Below are positions 46,811 through 57,435 of a DNA stretch of 64,000 nt, piece by piece (the first letter of the stretch is position 1; each line of letters starts with the position of its first letter). The notes under the pieces were generated by a model, which did not search any database, was not told the origin of the DNA, and saw only the letters and a list, made by a program, of their open reading frames with translations. This DNA comes from a virus. Both the position numbers and the translations under genes were made by a program. The stretch is from the IMG/VR virus record IMGVR_UViG_3300030688_000001, one strand, 5' to 3'.

Positions 46811-47944
46811 ATGTCAGACGCCTCTAGTATTAGAAGGACATCAGCAGTTTTAGCTCCAACTTCTGGTAATGCTAACCCTAAGCCTGGTACATTGCCTGGA
46901 GTTTTGACTCCTGGTTCACAACAAAATAACCCTGGTGGTACTGGCTTTGCTGGTGCTCAAGCCACAGCAGCTGGATTTTTTGCTGGTGGTATCAGATTTT
47001 GTTTAAATCCATCTGGGTATTATTTCACTTATACTGATACAAGTGGTATTAGTAGACTCCGTGAAACTGGTCAGGCTTACATTAATACAGGCACGCAGTG
47101 GACTCCAGTTGGTAACAATCCACTAGATATCAATGTCCCCCTCGCCGCTAATGCTATTGATCAATATGTTTATGTAGCTGACCGTCCTTATAACGTATTG
47201 AGTGGTTCATTTGTATATACTACTCCTGGTGGCTCTTCTTGTGCACTTCAGTTAGGTGTATGTCCTTTCTCTCAAGGTATATTAGCTGGTGCTGGTACTA
47301 TTACTACTACTAACTCTTCTGCTACTGTTAATGGTGTTAGTACTACATTTACTTCTGCACTAATTGGTTCCGCAATTTTCAGTCCTTCAGGTACTTATAT
47401 TGGTACAGTCTCAGCTGTAGGTAGCACAACCTCTCTTACATTGGCTGTGGCTGCTTCTAATGCATGGGGTGGTGGTACTCAGGTATTGACTGGTTCTGCC
47501 TGGAATTACGGCCCTTATCTTACTGGTACTGGTAACCTTACTGCGTCTACTGCAACTTCTGCTGTGACTGTTACTGCTGCTGGTTTTGCTAGTTCTGTTA
47601 CAGTTGGTAGTAACTTGTATGATCAATATGGTAGAACTCTTGGTGTGATTGCTTCCGTTAATAGTACTACATCTCTTACTCTAACCGCCAATGCTGCTTT
47701 TAATGCAGCTGCTACAACTTGGTCATATAGCACCTTGTTTATTGGTGTGCCAGCTTATGGTACTAATGTGTTTACTGCTACCATCCCACTCACTGCAAGT
47801 CCGGGTATTGTACAAATTGGTACTTTGAATGCCACTATTGCTAATACTCAAATAACTACTGGACAGGCTTTGGCCCTTAGATTTACTGGTACTGTCACAG
47901 GTTTGGCTGGGTTGACTGGTACTGTTATCTTGCAACCTCAGTAA
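46811..47944 (+). CDS. virion structural protein (fibre/decoration-like) with internal duplicated beta module
   Basis: T/S/G/A-rich; two copies of G.G.(I/L)T....S..V...T.F.S....G......G...G.(V/I)..V.STTSLTL. Confidence 0.6.
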   Translation: MSDASSIRRTSAVLAPTSGNANPKPGTLPGVLTPGSQQNNPGGTGFAGAQATAAGFFAGGIRFCLNPSGYYFTYTDTSGISRLRETGQAYINTGTQWTPVGNNPLDINVPLAANAIDQYVYVADRPYNVLSGSFVYTTPGGSSCALQLGVCPFSQGILAGAGTITTTNSSATVNGVSTTFTSALIGSAIFSPSGTYIGTVSAVGSTTSLTLAVAASNAWGGGTQVLTGSAWNYGPYLTGTGNLTASTATSAVTVTAAGFASSVTVGSNLYDQYGRTLGVIASVNSTTSLTLTANAAFNAAATTWSYSTLFIGVPAYGTNVFTATIPLTASPGIVQIGTLNATIANTQITTGQALALRFTGTVTGLAGLTGTVILQPQ

Positions 47945-47962
47945 GCTATTTAATCTTATCAC

Positions 47963-47997
47963 AAAGCAACCTATTTACTTAGGTTGCTTTTTTATTT
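47963..47997 (+). terminator. rho-independent terminator
   Basis: AAAGCAACCTA-N6-TAGGTTGCTTT followed by a T tract. Confidence 0.7.
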
Positions 47998-48286
47998 GAC
48001 AACTTTCCTCTATTTTGAAATGATACTAAACATGAATGAACAAGCTACGTTAGACACACCAGTGATACCTAATTTTAAGATGTCGACTGAGCAGATAGTT
48101 AAGTTATTGCAGGGTTATTTGGCACAAGCAGATACTAGTTTAACTAGTTTACAATCTAATATAGATGATGCTACAAATAAATTGAATGAATGGAAGAGAA
48201 TGCAGTTGATTATAGTAGGACAGAAACAATTGATACAAGATATACTAAGTAAGACGGTAGACACACCTAAAGAAGAGACTAAATAA
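47984..48286 (+). CDS. coiled-coil hypothetical protein
   Basis: Probable start ATG 48032. Confidence 0.6.
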   Translation: MLFYLTTFLYFEMILNMNEQATLDTPVIPNFKMSTEQIVKLLQGYLAQADTSLTSLQSNIDDATNKLNEWKRMQLIIVGQKQLIQDILSKTVDTPKEETK

Positions 48287-48289
48287 ATT

Positions 48290-48484
48290 ATGGCTATAAC
48301 GCTAAATGACACCAAGACTAGAATATACAACCTTTATATAGAACAGTTGGAAGCAGAGGAAGAAAAGAAAGCTACTAGTAAGATGCATTCAGAAAATATT
48401 AAACGGATTAAATCTGAAATTAAGGATATTCTGAATGAAGAAGCAGAAGTTGTAAAGAATGCTCAAAAGAGTATTGACGATTAA
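48290..48484 (+). CDS. small coiled-coil protein
   Basis: 64-aa ORF followed by a hairpin at about 48503-48533. Confidence 0.6.
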   Translation: MAITLNDTKTRIYNLYIEQLEAEEEKKATSKMHSENIKRIKSEIKDILNEEAEVVKNAQKSIDD

Positions 48485-48543
48485 ATAGATTGAAGTAATA
48501 TGAGGCTAGGCTATTTAATGTAGTTTAGCCTCATTTTATTTAT

Positions 48544-48924
48544 ATGATTGATATTTTAATTTCATACCTATTATTAAGTGCAAGTATAGCCATGTTTTTA
48601 GTTATATGGTTTAATAATACTTTTGTTGAATATATGAATTTACTAAGATTGACTAAGTTCTTTTATATAGAAGAATACAATAATATTACTGTAGATGACC
48701 CTAGTTTGTCTTATCTAGAATATTTAGCTGCTAATCGGTCTAACTTCCTTGTAAAAATTATTAGTTGTCCCAAATGTATAGTAGTCTGGTTATCTATACT
48801 ATTACATATTCCTATTATCGTATTTATAGATTTTCCTTTAATATTTATTCCTGTAAGTATATTTATAGCAGCTTACTTTAGTTTGCTAATGTACTATATT
48901 TTGGTTAAACTAATGAATAAATGA
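48544..48924 (+). CDS. membrane protein with CxxC (SCPKC)
   Basis: Three hydrophobic helices. Confidence 0.6.
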   Translation: MIDILISYLLLSASIAMFLVIWFNNTFVEYMNLLRLTKFFYIEEYNNITVDDPSLSYLEYLAANRSNFLVKIISCPKCIVVWLSILLHIPIIVFIDFPLIFIPVSIFIAAYFSLLMYYILVKLMNK

Positions 48925-50741
48925 GTAATAGTTTCATAGATAGCTTGATTGAGGTAACTAATTCTACTAATCATCAAGCACAGTATATACCACAACCGTC
49001 TAGTAGTATTCCTAGTTCTGGATGTACTTTACCAGCATTGCTCACACCTCCTACTATCGGAGCAGTCACACCACCATCTAATGTAAAAGCTTGTGTACCT
49101 TTATTCGTACAATTTCCATTAGTACCAGAACCCTTTCCATTACCTGAGAATTGCCCTTCAGGTATTTCATTTACTCCTAATACTCAAGCTATAGGGATAT
49201 TAAATACTTCTGGAATGATTCCTTATACTTCTATTACTGTAGGTATAACTCCAGGAGTTGATGTTTGTCATTTTAATTTAGACATCCCACCTACACTAAT
49301 TATACCTTGCTATCCTACTGGTCCTTTATTTAGTGGAGTTTTACAGTTTAAGATGGTTGGTGATGGTTCTCCAATTGCAGATGATTTTTCATTAAGCACT
49401 ACTAGAATTAGTGGAGATATAACCCAGCCTTGTACCTGGAATATTGATACTATAATAAATCTACCAACCCCTAATTGCGCAGCTGGTATTTCATTTCAGA
49501 GCAATGTAACGGTAAATCTAAATAATAGTACAGCTCTACCACCAGTAATAACATATTTATATTCAAGGGTTTATTCTATAGGACAGAGCATAATTGATAC
49601 TAATGGAAATCTACAAACAGTCACTGCTATTACTGGTGATGGTACATCCGGTGTAACTGCTCCTACCTGGGCTATATCTGGTACTACTGTAGATCATAAT
49701 GTTACCTGGACCATGTCTCAAGCATCAATAAGTAACTATGCTTATGTTGATGTTTTAAGTCAGTATGATTATTATAGATTAATACATGGAATTCCCCCTA
49801 CTACCAAAGATTGCGGTTCAGTATTGTTAGGTAATCTTGAATTAGGTATTGTTTGTCCATCAGGTTTAAGTGTAGGAGGTAGTGGGACAGCTACCTTTTT
49901 ATTCCCTGGTGATATAGGTTATAGTGCTCCAGTAGGTGATCCAACTATTGCGTTATCTATTAGTTCTTGTAATTTAAATTTTGGTATTACTAATATAAGT
50001 TTCCCGGCTTTAAAATGTGCTTCAGGTTATACAGCAAACGCAGTTTCAGTAACTAGTGTAAAGGATGTATTAGGAAATACAGTTAGTCAGACTGGTGGAG
50101 GAAATACACCTTTTCAAATAACCCCCTCAGCTTGTTTAGGATTATCAAATCTAGGTAATCTAATAGTTCCTGGTTGTGCTCCTGGTAATTTTGTTAATTG
50201 GTATTTAAATTCTTCTACTTCAGGTGGAACTACTACATTATCTATTTCTAGTGGTTCTCCTACTACTAGCAGCTATTTAACTGTAACTCCTACTACTTGT
50301 GGTATAACTCCTTCTGGTTCATTTTCATTTAGCAGTGCTTCAAGTTTAGGAATAACTGATGGTACTACAAGTTTAAGTAATGTATCTAATATTACTTTTA
50401 ATGGAATGACAGTTGGAGGTACTAGTGGGGCAGCTACCGTAACTGGAACTAAGTTAACTGATGGCACTACTACATTAAATGGGGCACAGATGCTTACTTT
50501 TGTAGGTGGTACTTTAAGTGGTACTACTTCCAGTGCTACAATTACAATAAGTCCAGCTGGTTCCGGGCTTAATTATCGAGGAGTTTGGAGTGCATTATCT
50601 ACTTATAATCTTAATGATGTTGCAGTATTAGGGGCAGGTACTTCGTCTGGTATGTATATATGTTTAATAAATTCTAATACTAATAGTCCTGATACTGGTA
50701 CTGGCTGGTTTCAAGCCTGTTCTTATGCTACCTGGTTATAA
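48921..50741 (+). CDS. virion structural protein with C-terminal CBM5/12-like module
   Basis: Cys/Pro/Thr-rich; C-terminal YRGVWSALSTYNLNDV...YICL...GW. Confidence 0.6.
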   Translation: MSNSFIDSLIEVTNSTNHQAQYIPQPSSSIPSSGCTLPALLTPPTIGAVTPPSNVKACVPLFVQFPLVPEPFPLPENCPSGISFTPNTQAIGILNTSGMIPYTSITVGITPGVDVCHFNLDIPPTLIIPCYPTGPLFSGVLQFKMVGDGSPIADDFSLSTTRISGDITQPCTWNIDTIINLPTPNCAAGISFQSNVTVNLNNSTALPPVITYLYSRVYSIGQSIIDTNGNLQTVTAITGDGTSGVTAPTWAISGTTVDHNVTWTMSQASISNYAYVDVLSQYDYYRLIHGIPPTTKDCGSVLLGNLELGIVCPSGLSVGGSGTATFLFPGDIGYSAPVGDPTIALSISSCNLNFGITNISFPALKCASGYTANAVSVTSVKDVLGNTVSQTGGGNTPFQITPSACLGLSNLGNLIVPGCAPGNFVNWYLNSSTSGGTTTLSISSGSPTTSSYLTVTPTTCGITPSGSFSFSSASSLGITDGTTSLSNVSNITFNGMTVGGTSGAATVTGTKLTDGTTTLNGAQMLTFVGGTLSGTTSSATITISPAGSGLNYRGVWSALSTYNLNDVAVLGAGTSSGMYICLINSNTNSPDTGTGWFQACSYATWL

Positions 50742-50744
50742 ATT

Positions 50745-53639
50745 ATGTCTGTAGCTCCTGGTAATAACTTTAAATTAACTGATTTACAAGCATTAGCAAC
50801 TCAAGCTAATGCAGTCTCATCTACTAGTTTTGACTTGAGTACATTTTATTATGTGTATCCAATGTTTTATGACTTAAGTAGTAATCCATATGGTTATCGT
50901 ATTTGTGGTGCTTTTGCTTTAACTGCTAGAGGAAGTGGTTATGCTGTTGGAGATATAGTAGTTTCCCCAGGCTATACTACATATTTTGAAGTTGGTTCAG
51001 TAGATATTACTGGAGCTATTATAGGATTGGTAACTTATACTAATTCTGCCTTTTCTCCTTCCGGTGATCTGACTACCACACCTCCATTCCCTTCATATAC
51101 AGACCCTACTCCTGGCGCACTTAATACAGTAACTGGTTCTGGTACTGGAGCTACTATTACTTTTACTGTTAGTCAAGTAGGCCCTTCTCAAAATTATTCA
51201 TTTCCAGACTATAATCCTGGTAATGGTTATTTTACCGATTTTTATCTTTGTTTTGGAGGTACTGGTTATACTGCTGGCGATAATTTAACTTTGCCTGGAG
51301 CTAAGATAGTTGGTGGCAGTCCAGTTCCAGTACATGTTGTAAGTGTTGATGGTAGTGGCAAGATATTAACATTCACATTACCTAATACTACTTATATAGG
51401 ATTTCTTCAATACTTATCTAATACTCCACAATATTTAGCTGCTAGTGGTGGAACCGGTAGTGGGGCAACTTTTGGTGGTTTGTTTATAGTTCCTCAAAGA
51501 CCTACTTGGCTAGCTGAACTAAATAGACTTCGTAGTGCTATTTGGGGGTTGAAGGATTTGGATGATTCTTTTACATTTATGAATGTTACTTCACCTTCAT
51601 TATTGTGTGTTTCTGGACCCTGGCCTGTAGGTGGACCAAATGATAATTATGCAAGTACCTGGTTTTATTTTGAAGATACTGGTGGTGGAGCAACAGTTAC
51701 AATTAGTAGTAATTTCCCTGGTAGTGGTGCACCTTTTTCTGCAGGTTTAAGAACTAATGCCGTTTGCAGTATGCTTTTGTCAACGTTTCCACCATCACCA
51801 TACTATTATCCAGTAACAACAAAGCAACGACAAGCCTTTGTGGTTGGTGGTGTTGATTCTCTCTTTGTTAGTGGGACCTTCCATATAACTGCGGAGTATG
51901 TGCGTGGAGGGACTGCTGTGATAACATACCCTGGACCAACCACAACCATTACACCCGATACAGTTGACCCTAATACGCTTTGGTCTGTAAATCTATCTCC
52001 TAGTGGTGGTTATAATGCATTTCCTGGTTCAGTTTCTTATTCTACATTGGTGGCTGATACAGGATTTTGTAGTATTGGGATTGTCGAAATTTCAATAGCG
52101 GTGAGCGCGACTCTAGCACCGGGGCGGTATGAACTTGAGGTGGACATACCACAATTACCGGATGACACATCAGTTCCTATAACCGGTACACAGACCACAT
52201 ATACACGCCTTTTCCCAAATGGCACTAACCCACTAGATGATGGCAGCGGCGGCAATGGAAAATTATTTGGCCCTGTCACAGCCAGTATTAGTTATAGTAC
52301 AGCAGTTACAGCTTATGGAATTGATAATGCATGGCCAATTAAAAAGATAAACTTACCTGGTGATGGACTTTCTCACGGCCCAGGATTATTATTTGTGCAG
52401 GATATACCTAATAATAATTGGAATTCTGGAGCTGGCCCTACATTTCCTGCTATTACATATGATCCGGAAAAAATATTTGGTAATGGTTGGAGTATTGGTA
52501 CTAGTAAGGCTGGATTTTGGTCTTCAATGTCACCTGCTATTAGTAGTTTAGCTATTCCTAGTTTAACTTCAATGCCTTGGAATTTAACTAGAACTAAATA
52601 TGCAGTAGCCGGTAATGCTACAGTAAATCCAATGCTACAAGGTGATTTGGCTCCTAACGGTTCAGGTATGTTTGGTGCTTATGCTCAAGTATCTAACTCA
52701 TATAATCAACTCAGTCCAGTAGAAAGTCAATCCGAGCCTCCTAGTTGGGCTGCTTCTATATATTTTACGTCTGGATTTACAATTATAGATTCTAACGGTA
52801 ATTATCAAACAGTATTTACAGGTGGTATATCTGGCGGTTCACATCCAGTTTGGTCTGGGGCATTTGGTGGATCTACTACTGATAATGGAGTGGTATGGCA
52901 TTGTTCTAAAGTATTTACTGCACCGGCTACTACTTGGATAGCTAGTACAGTATTTCAATCAGGACAAACTATAATAGATTCTAACGGTAATATTGAAACT
53001 GCTCAAAATACCGGTACTAGTAATTCATCAGCACCTGCCTGGCCTGGAACTTTAGGAGGTACAGTAACTGATAATACTATAACCTGGAAATTTACTTCTC
53101 GTTATCAAGCTTTCCAACCAGGCCAACATAGAATCCCACCACTTCCTAGATACCCTGTTTATTGGTATAGTGAGACAATTCCTAGAATGATGCCCCCTAC
53201 ACTTACTAGCGGTAATACTATTTGGGGAGCTTATGATCAGTGGCAATATAATACTTATAATTCTCCTAGCTTTGATCAAGGTTGGCATCAAGTAGGTCCT
53301 ACTGATACACCAGCTAAAGGAAAAGCTTATGGTTGGTGGATATATAGTGTATCTATTAATAGAATAGCTAGTACTGCTGGAACCGTAGCTGTAACTTTAG
53401 GATGTATTAGAAGTAGTGTATTTAGTCCATTTGCAACTTATAATACTGGTACAACTAATCAAGTTCTTTGGCCCATATTTACAAGTGATGCCTTAGTATA
53501 TCAATGTAGTGAAAGAGTTGATGTTCAAGCATTAGCTATTGCTTCTACTAATAGTGTATCTCAAGGTCAAGTAGTACAATCTCCTATATGTGCAGCATTT
53601 GTTACCGATACTTCAGCTTTAATATCGCTAATAACTTAA
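50745..53639 (+). CDS. large tail/baseplate fibre protein
   Basis: GSGYAVGD, GSGTGAT and GGTGYTAGD repeats; two W..S..(F/Y)..G..IIDSNGN modules. Confidence 0.65.
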   Translation: MSVAPGNNFKLTDLQALATQANAVSSTSFDLSTFYYVYPMFYDLSSNPYGYRICGAFALTARGSGYAVGDIVVSPGYTTYFEVGSVDITGAIIGLVTYTNSAFSPSGDLTTTPPFPSYTDPTPGALNTVTGSGTGATITFTVSQVGPSQNYSFPDYNPGNGYFTDFYLCFGGTGYTAGDNLTLPGAKIVGGSPVPVHVVSVDGSGKILTFTLPNTTYIGFLQYLSNTPQYLAASGGTGSGATFGGLFIVPQRPTWLAELNRLRSAIWGLKDLDDSFTFMNVTSPSLLCVSGPWPVGGPNDNYASTWFYFEDTGGGATVTISSNFPGSGAPFSAGLRTNAVCSMLLSTFPPSPYYYPVTTKQRQAFVVGGVDSLFVSGTFHITAEYVRGGTAVITYPGPTTTITPDTVDPNTLWSVNLSPSGGYNAFPGSVSYSTLVADTGFCSIGIVEISIAVSATLAPGRYELEVDIPQLPDDTSVPITGTQTTYTRLFPNGTNPLDDGSGGNGKLFGPVTASISYSTAVTAYGIDNAWPIKKINLPGDGLSHGPGLLFVQDIPNNNWNSGAGPTFPAITYDPEKIFGNGWSIGTSKAGFWSSMSPAISSLAIPSLTSMPWNLTRTKYAVAGNATVNPMLQGDLAPNGSGMFGAYAQVSNSYNQLSPVESQSEPPSWAASIYFTSGFTIIDSNGNYQTVFTGGISGGSHPVWSGAFGGSTTDNGVVWHCSKVFTAPATTWIASTVFQSGQTIIDSNGNIETAQNTGTSNSSAPAWPGTLGGTVTDNTITWKFTSRYQAFQPGQHRIPPLPRYPVYWYSETIPRMMPPTLTSGNTIWGAYDQWQYNTYNSPSFDQGWHQVGPTDTPAKGKAYGWWIYSVSINRIASTAGTVAVTLGCIRSSVFSPFATYNTGTTNQVLWPIFTSDALVYQCSERVDVQALAIASTNSVSQGQVVQSPICAAFVTDTSALISLIT

Positions 53640-53644
53640 TTGAA

Positions 53645-53674
53645 TTGACTGGTATATCAAGTTTGTGTTAGAGT
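53645..53674 (+). promoter_or_regulatory. possible sigma70-type promoter (leaderless)
   Basis: TTGACT, 18 nt (ending TGn), TAGAGT, 7 nt, then ATG 53682. Confidence 0.4.
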
Positions 53675-53681
53675 TGGAATT

Positions 53682-54275
53682 ATGGAAACATCTAATGCGA
53701 TTGATTATAATTCTTGTACTGTTTTAAGAGGAGCCCAACACACTGAAACTTGTGAAGCTCATGGTGTTTATACTGCTAGATGTATAGACTCTAATAATAA
53801 TTTAATTTGGGAAGATACTATAGATAATGTAGTTAATACTGAAGGTAAAAACCTGGCTTTTAATACATTTTTAAACGGCTCTGCTTATACTGTTACTGGG
53901 CCTTATATGGGTTTAATTAGTTCAGTATCTTATTCTACCGTAGCTGCTGGTGATACAGCTGCTCAAATTAATGGTACTAATGGTTGGAAGGAAGCAGGTT
54001 CCAGCACTAATTATCCATTATACACTACTCCTAGAAAAACTTGTGCCTGGTCTGCTGCTTCTGCTGGTTCGATTTCACTTTCCGCAGCTCTAAGTTTTCC
54101 TATTATCACTACTGGTGGTACAGTTAAAGGATGTTTTATTATCTTTGGCTCTGGTGCTTCGTCCACTATTGCTAATACTTCAGGTACTCTTTGGTCTGCT
54201 GGTCTATTCTCAGGTGGTGATAAGATTGTTAACCCTGGTGATACAATTCAAGTATCATATAGTACTAGCATGTAA
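53682..54275 (+). CDS. tail-associated structural protein
   Basis: WEDTIDNVVNTEG...YMGLI...GDTIQVSY resembles conserved phage tail proteins. Confidence 0.6.
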   Translation: METSNAIDYNSCTVLRGAQHTETCEAHGVYTARCIDSNNNLIWEDTIDNVVNTEGKNLAFNTFLNGSAYTVTGPYMGLISSVSYSTVAAGDTAAQINGTNGWKEAGSSTNYPLYTTPRKTCAWSAASAGSISLSAALSFPIITTGGTVKGCFIIFGSGASSTIANTSGTLWSAGLFSGGDKIVNPGDTIQVSYSTSM

Positions 54276-54278
54276 TAT

Positions 54279-57200
54279 ATGGCTTTTGATGCCCATTCAA
54301 ATCTAGCAATATCACAAGTAGCCACTGCTCCATCACCACCTACTTCTGGTACTTCACTAACTGTAACTACTGGTCAGGGTGCATTATTTCCTACTCCCCC
54401 ATTTAATTGCACTGTCTGGCCTTCAGGTGTTATACCTACTACAGTTAATGCTGAGATTATTAGGGTTACTGCAGTTGCCACTGATACATTTACTATAACT
54501 AGAGCACAAGAAGGAACATCTGCTGTATCTATTGCTGTAGGATACCAAATAGCCAATACTGTTACTAAAAAGGTAGTTACAGATATTGAAAATGCAATTC
54601 CTACTACGTTACCTCCTAATGGTTCTGCTAGCGGTGATTTATCAGGTAGTTATCCAGGTCCTACAGTAGCAAAGATTAACGGCACTTCTTTAGCAGGATT
54701 AGCTACAGGGTTATTAAAGAATACTACTGGTACTGGTGTTCCTAGTATTGCAGCGTCTGGTGATTTGCCTGGTGGGCCATATTTAGGTGCTACTGCCTCT
54801 GCTTCTGGTGATTTATCAGGTAGTTATCCAGGTCCTACAGTAGCAAAGATTAACGGTACTTCATTAGCAGGTCTTGCTACCGGTATACTTAAAAACACTA
54901 CTGGTACTGGTGTTCCTAGTATTGCAGCGTCTGGTGATTTGCCTGGTGGACCTTATCAAACGACAGCATCTTATGGTGTGTTAGGGTTTTCTTCAGTAGC
55001 TACAGCTGGAAGTACAACTACATTAAGTGGATCAGCTACTAATTATATAATTTTTACTGGTACATTAACTCAGATTTGTGTACTACCTAATGCCACTACA
55101 CTTTCTAATGGGGCGTCATTCTTTATTGATAATAGTTCAACTGGAGCTGTTACTGTAAATATGAATGGTGGAACTACTTTATGGATTGTAGGAGCTGGAG
55201 CATTTTTAGAGTTAGTATTAACTAGTAATGGAACTTCAGCTGGTACCTGGAATACTCAATATTTTGGTAGTACGGTATCAACAGGAAAAGTCATTAACTT
55301 AGCTGATAATTTAACATCAGTAGCCAATACTCCAGGGGTATTTCAGAATGATGGAAGTGGTAATATATCTTACGGTCCACCACCACCTACTATAACCCAA
55401 CTTGATCTTTGGGGACATTCCTGGCTTGATGATATAGTTTATATTACTGGCGCAAATCAAATTACTGATCCTGCTGAAATATTAAATAACGTACTTACAA
55501 ATGCTTTGGGAATTTCTCAAGATAGAGTAAGAAATCATGCTAGGAGTGGTGCAAACCTTACGTCTCAAGGATGTTTAATGGGCGGTTATATGAGGTTTTT
55601 AACTGAAATAACTCGTACCAAAAAATATTCTCCATTTTATCGACAAGGTGGTTTATCTGTAATTGTATATGGTATTAATGATTTAGGTAATAATACATCA
55701 GCTAATCAATCATTAATGCGCTCAGTATTTTCGCAAGCCTTAACCATGGCTATTAGTAGAATAAGAGCTTCAGCTATTTTTCCTTGTGGCACTGGGTTAG
55801 CTCAATGGGCTTTTGGTACTAATTATGCAGCCGGTCCAGTAGCTAACCTTGAGTGGATGTCTACTGTTGGAATGCAAGCAACAGTAGTAGATTCTGGTGG
55901 TACTTCTACAGCAACTTTCACCATTCCATTTGGCTATAAAGGAGAACCAATAGGATTTCTATTAGTTGGTACTTCCGGAGCAACTTCAGGTATTGTTACT
56001 TGGGGTGGAAATATTACTGGAACTAGTGGTATTATTGGAACTACTACCACTTTAAACTCTACTTCCATAGATGCTCATGGACCTGTATTCGTTAGATGGA
56101 CTTCTGGTACTAATGGATTATCAGCTGCTAATGCTGGTCAGACTATTACTATCAAGGTAACTACTGCGAGTGGGACAGTACAATTAGATTCAGCCTGGAT
56201 TGAATCTCTTAAACCAAATCCTGTAGTTGTAGCCAATGTATATCAATGTGATTGTAGAACTATTACTTACGCTTTAGGGGATGGGGTAACTTCTGGTGTT
56301 ACTACTTCTTTTACTTCTGGTTCAGCCAATTTTAATTCAAGTACTGATGCTGGAAATTCAATAACTGAGACTGATGCTCAAGGTGCTTTTACTTCTGGTA
56401 AGACTATTTCATCTGTAACTAATGCAACCACCATAGTATTATCAGGAAATGCTACTGGTGCTTTTACATCCATTAAATATACTTTTGGGCGTATTTTAAA
56501 CGGTTACGCTAATTATGCTACTAATACAGATTTTAGTGGGGCAACTCCAGCTAGTCATAGTGCAGCAGACACAGATTTACAAAATTTAAATAGCACAATT
56601 ACTACAGTAGTTAATTCATTCGATTCAATGGTTCAATTAGCTGACGTAAATACAGCTATGGGGATTGGTGGAACTGGAACTCTGCCTACTAACGTCTATA
56701 CAACATCTGCTGATGGTTATCATCCTAATGCGGTTGGAGCAGCTTTGGCAACTAATGCTATATTTGCTGCTATTAAGAAGCTAGTACCTGTTGCTGATGG
56801 TTTAGGGACTCTAGGTGTATTAGAGACACAGACTCCACAAGGTTATCCAGTCGCTCCTAAACGAAATATTATTCGTCCTGGTAGTAATGTTTATTTACCT
56901 GAATTTGGTGTTTGGGGTGCTACATATACTGCAGTTGCTGGTGATACGTTTGCTATTCCTTTCTGGGTATCAGAAGGTGGGGCTAATATTACTGCATTCC
57001 AAGTACAACAAACCAATGCTCCTGCTACAGCTGGATCTAACGTAAGATTTGGTATTTATGATGATACTATGTTTACAGGTTATCCTTGTAACCTTAGATA
57101 TGAAGTTACATCAGGCGGTGCATTTGCGATGGGAACTACTGCAGCTATAAAGACTATTGGAACTAATACTTTTGGATGGCTACGATCAGGACTTTATTGG

Positions 57201-57431
57201 CAAGTATTTAAGATAGATTCCCTCGGTACAACTGCTAGTATAGTTAATACAATTGGAGGTCCTAGTCCGTATATGCCACAGTGGTTGGCCGCTGGTGGTA
57301 CTGCTTCACCTATTGCTTGGAAAGTAACTAGTGTAGCTGCTGGTGCTTTACCTAATGAATTTAGTGCATTAGCTGCTGGTACTGCAGTTACTACAGCTCC
57401 AGCTGTAGGAATGACAATAACTGTAACATAA
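54279..57431 (+). CDS. tail fibre/spike with SGNH (GDSL) hydrolase domain
   Basis: Blocks WGHSW (I), ARSGA (II), YGINDL (III) and DGYHPN (V); N-terminal CTVWP...NAEIIRVT...TFTITRAQEGT virion-attachment-like module. Confidence 0.75.
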   Translation: MAFDAHSNLAISQVATAPSPPTSGTSLTVTTGQGALFPTPPFNCTVWPSGVIPTTVNAEIIRVTAVATDTFTITRAQEGTSAVSIAVGYQIANTVTKKVVTDIENAIPTTLPPNGSASGDLSGSYPGPTVAKINGTSLAGLATGLLKNTTGTGVPSIAASGDLPGGPYLGATASASGDLSGSYPGPTVAKINGTSLAGLATGILKNTTGTGVPSIAASGDLPGGPYQTTASYGVLGFSSVATAGSTTTLSGSATNYIIFTGTLTQICVLPNATTLSNGASFFIDNSSTGAVTVNMNGGTTLWIVGAGAFLELVLTSNGTSAGTWNTQYFGSTVSTGKVINLADNLTSVANTPGVFQNDGSGNISYGPPPPTITQLDLWGHSWLDDIVYITGANQITDPAEILNNVLTNALGISQDRVRNHARSGANLTSQGCLMGGYMRFLTEITRTKKYSPFYRQGGLSVIVYGINDLGNNTSANQSLMRSVFSQALTMAISRIRASAIFPCGTGLAQWAFGTNYAAGPVANLEWMSTVGMQATVVDSGGTSTATFTIPFGYKGEPIGFLLVGTSGATSGIVTWGGNITGTSGIIGTTTTLNSTSIDAHGPVFVRWTSGTNGLSAANAGQTITIKVTTASGTVQLDSAWIESLKPNPVVVANVYQCDCRTITYALGDGVTSGVTTSFTSGSANFNSSTDAGNSITETDAQGAFTSGKTISSVTNATTIVLSGNATGAFTSIKYTFGRILNGYANYATNTDFSGATPASHSAADTDLQNLNSTITTVVNSFDSMVQLADVNTAMGIGGTGTLPTNVYTTSADGYHPNAVGAALATNAIFAAIKKLVPVADGLGTLGVLETQTPQGYPVAPKRNIIRPGSNVYLPEFGVWGATYTAVAGDTFAIPFWVSEGGANITAFQVQQTNAPATAGSNVRFGIYDDTMFTGYPCNLRYEVTSGGAFAMGTTAAIKTIGTNTFGWLRSGLYWQVFKIDSLGTTASIVNTIGGPSPYMPQWLAAGGTASPIAWKVTSVAAGALPNEFSALAAGTAVTTAPAVGMTITVT
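54628..54955 (+). repeat. 174-nt (58-aa) tandem duplication within the fibre
   Basis: ASGDLSGSYPGPTVAKINGTSLAGLATG(L/I)LKNTTGTGVPSIAASGDLPGGPY occurs twice with near-identical DNA. Confidence 0.9.
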
Positions 57432-57435
57432 TGAA

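Noticed and set aside
46811-47944. Major capsid protein
   Set aside because: Composition and internal repeat look fibre-like; no HK97-type features recognisable; left as structural
47996-48031. Promoter at TTGACA 47996
   Set aside because: No TAnnnT at 16-18 nt spacing
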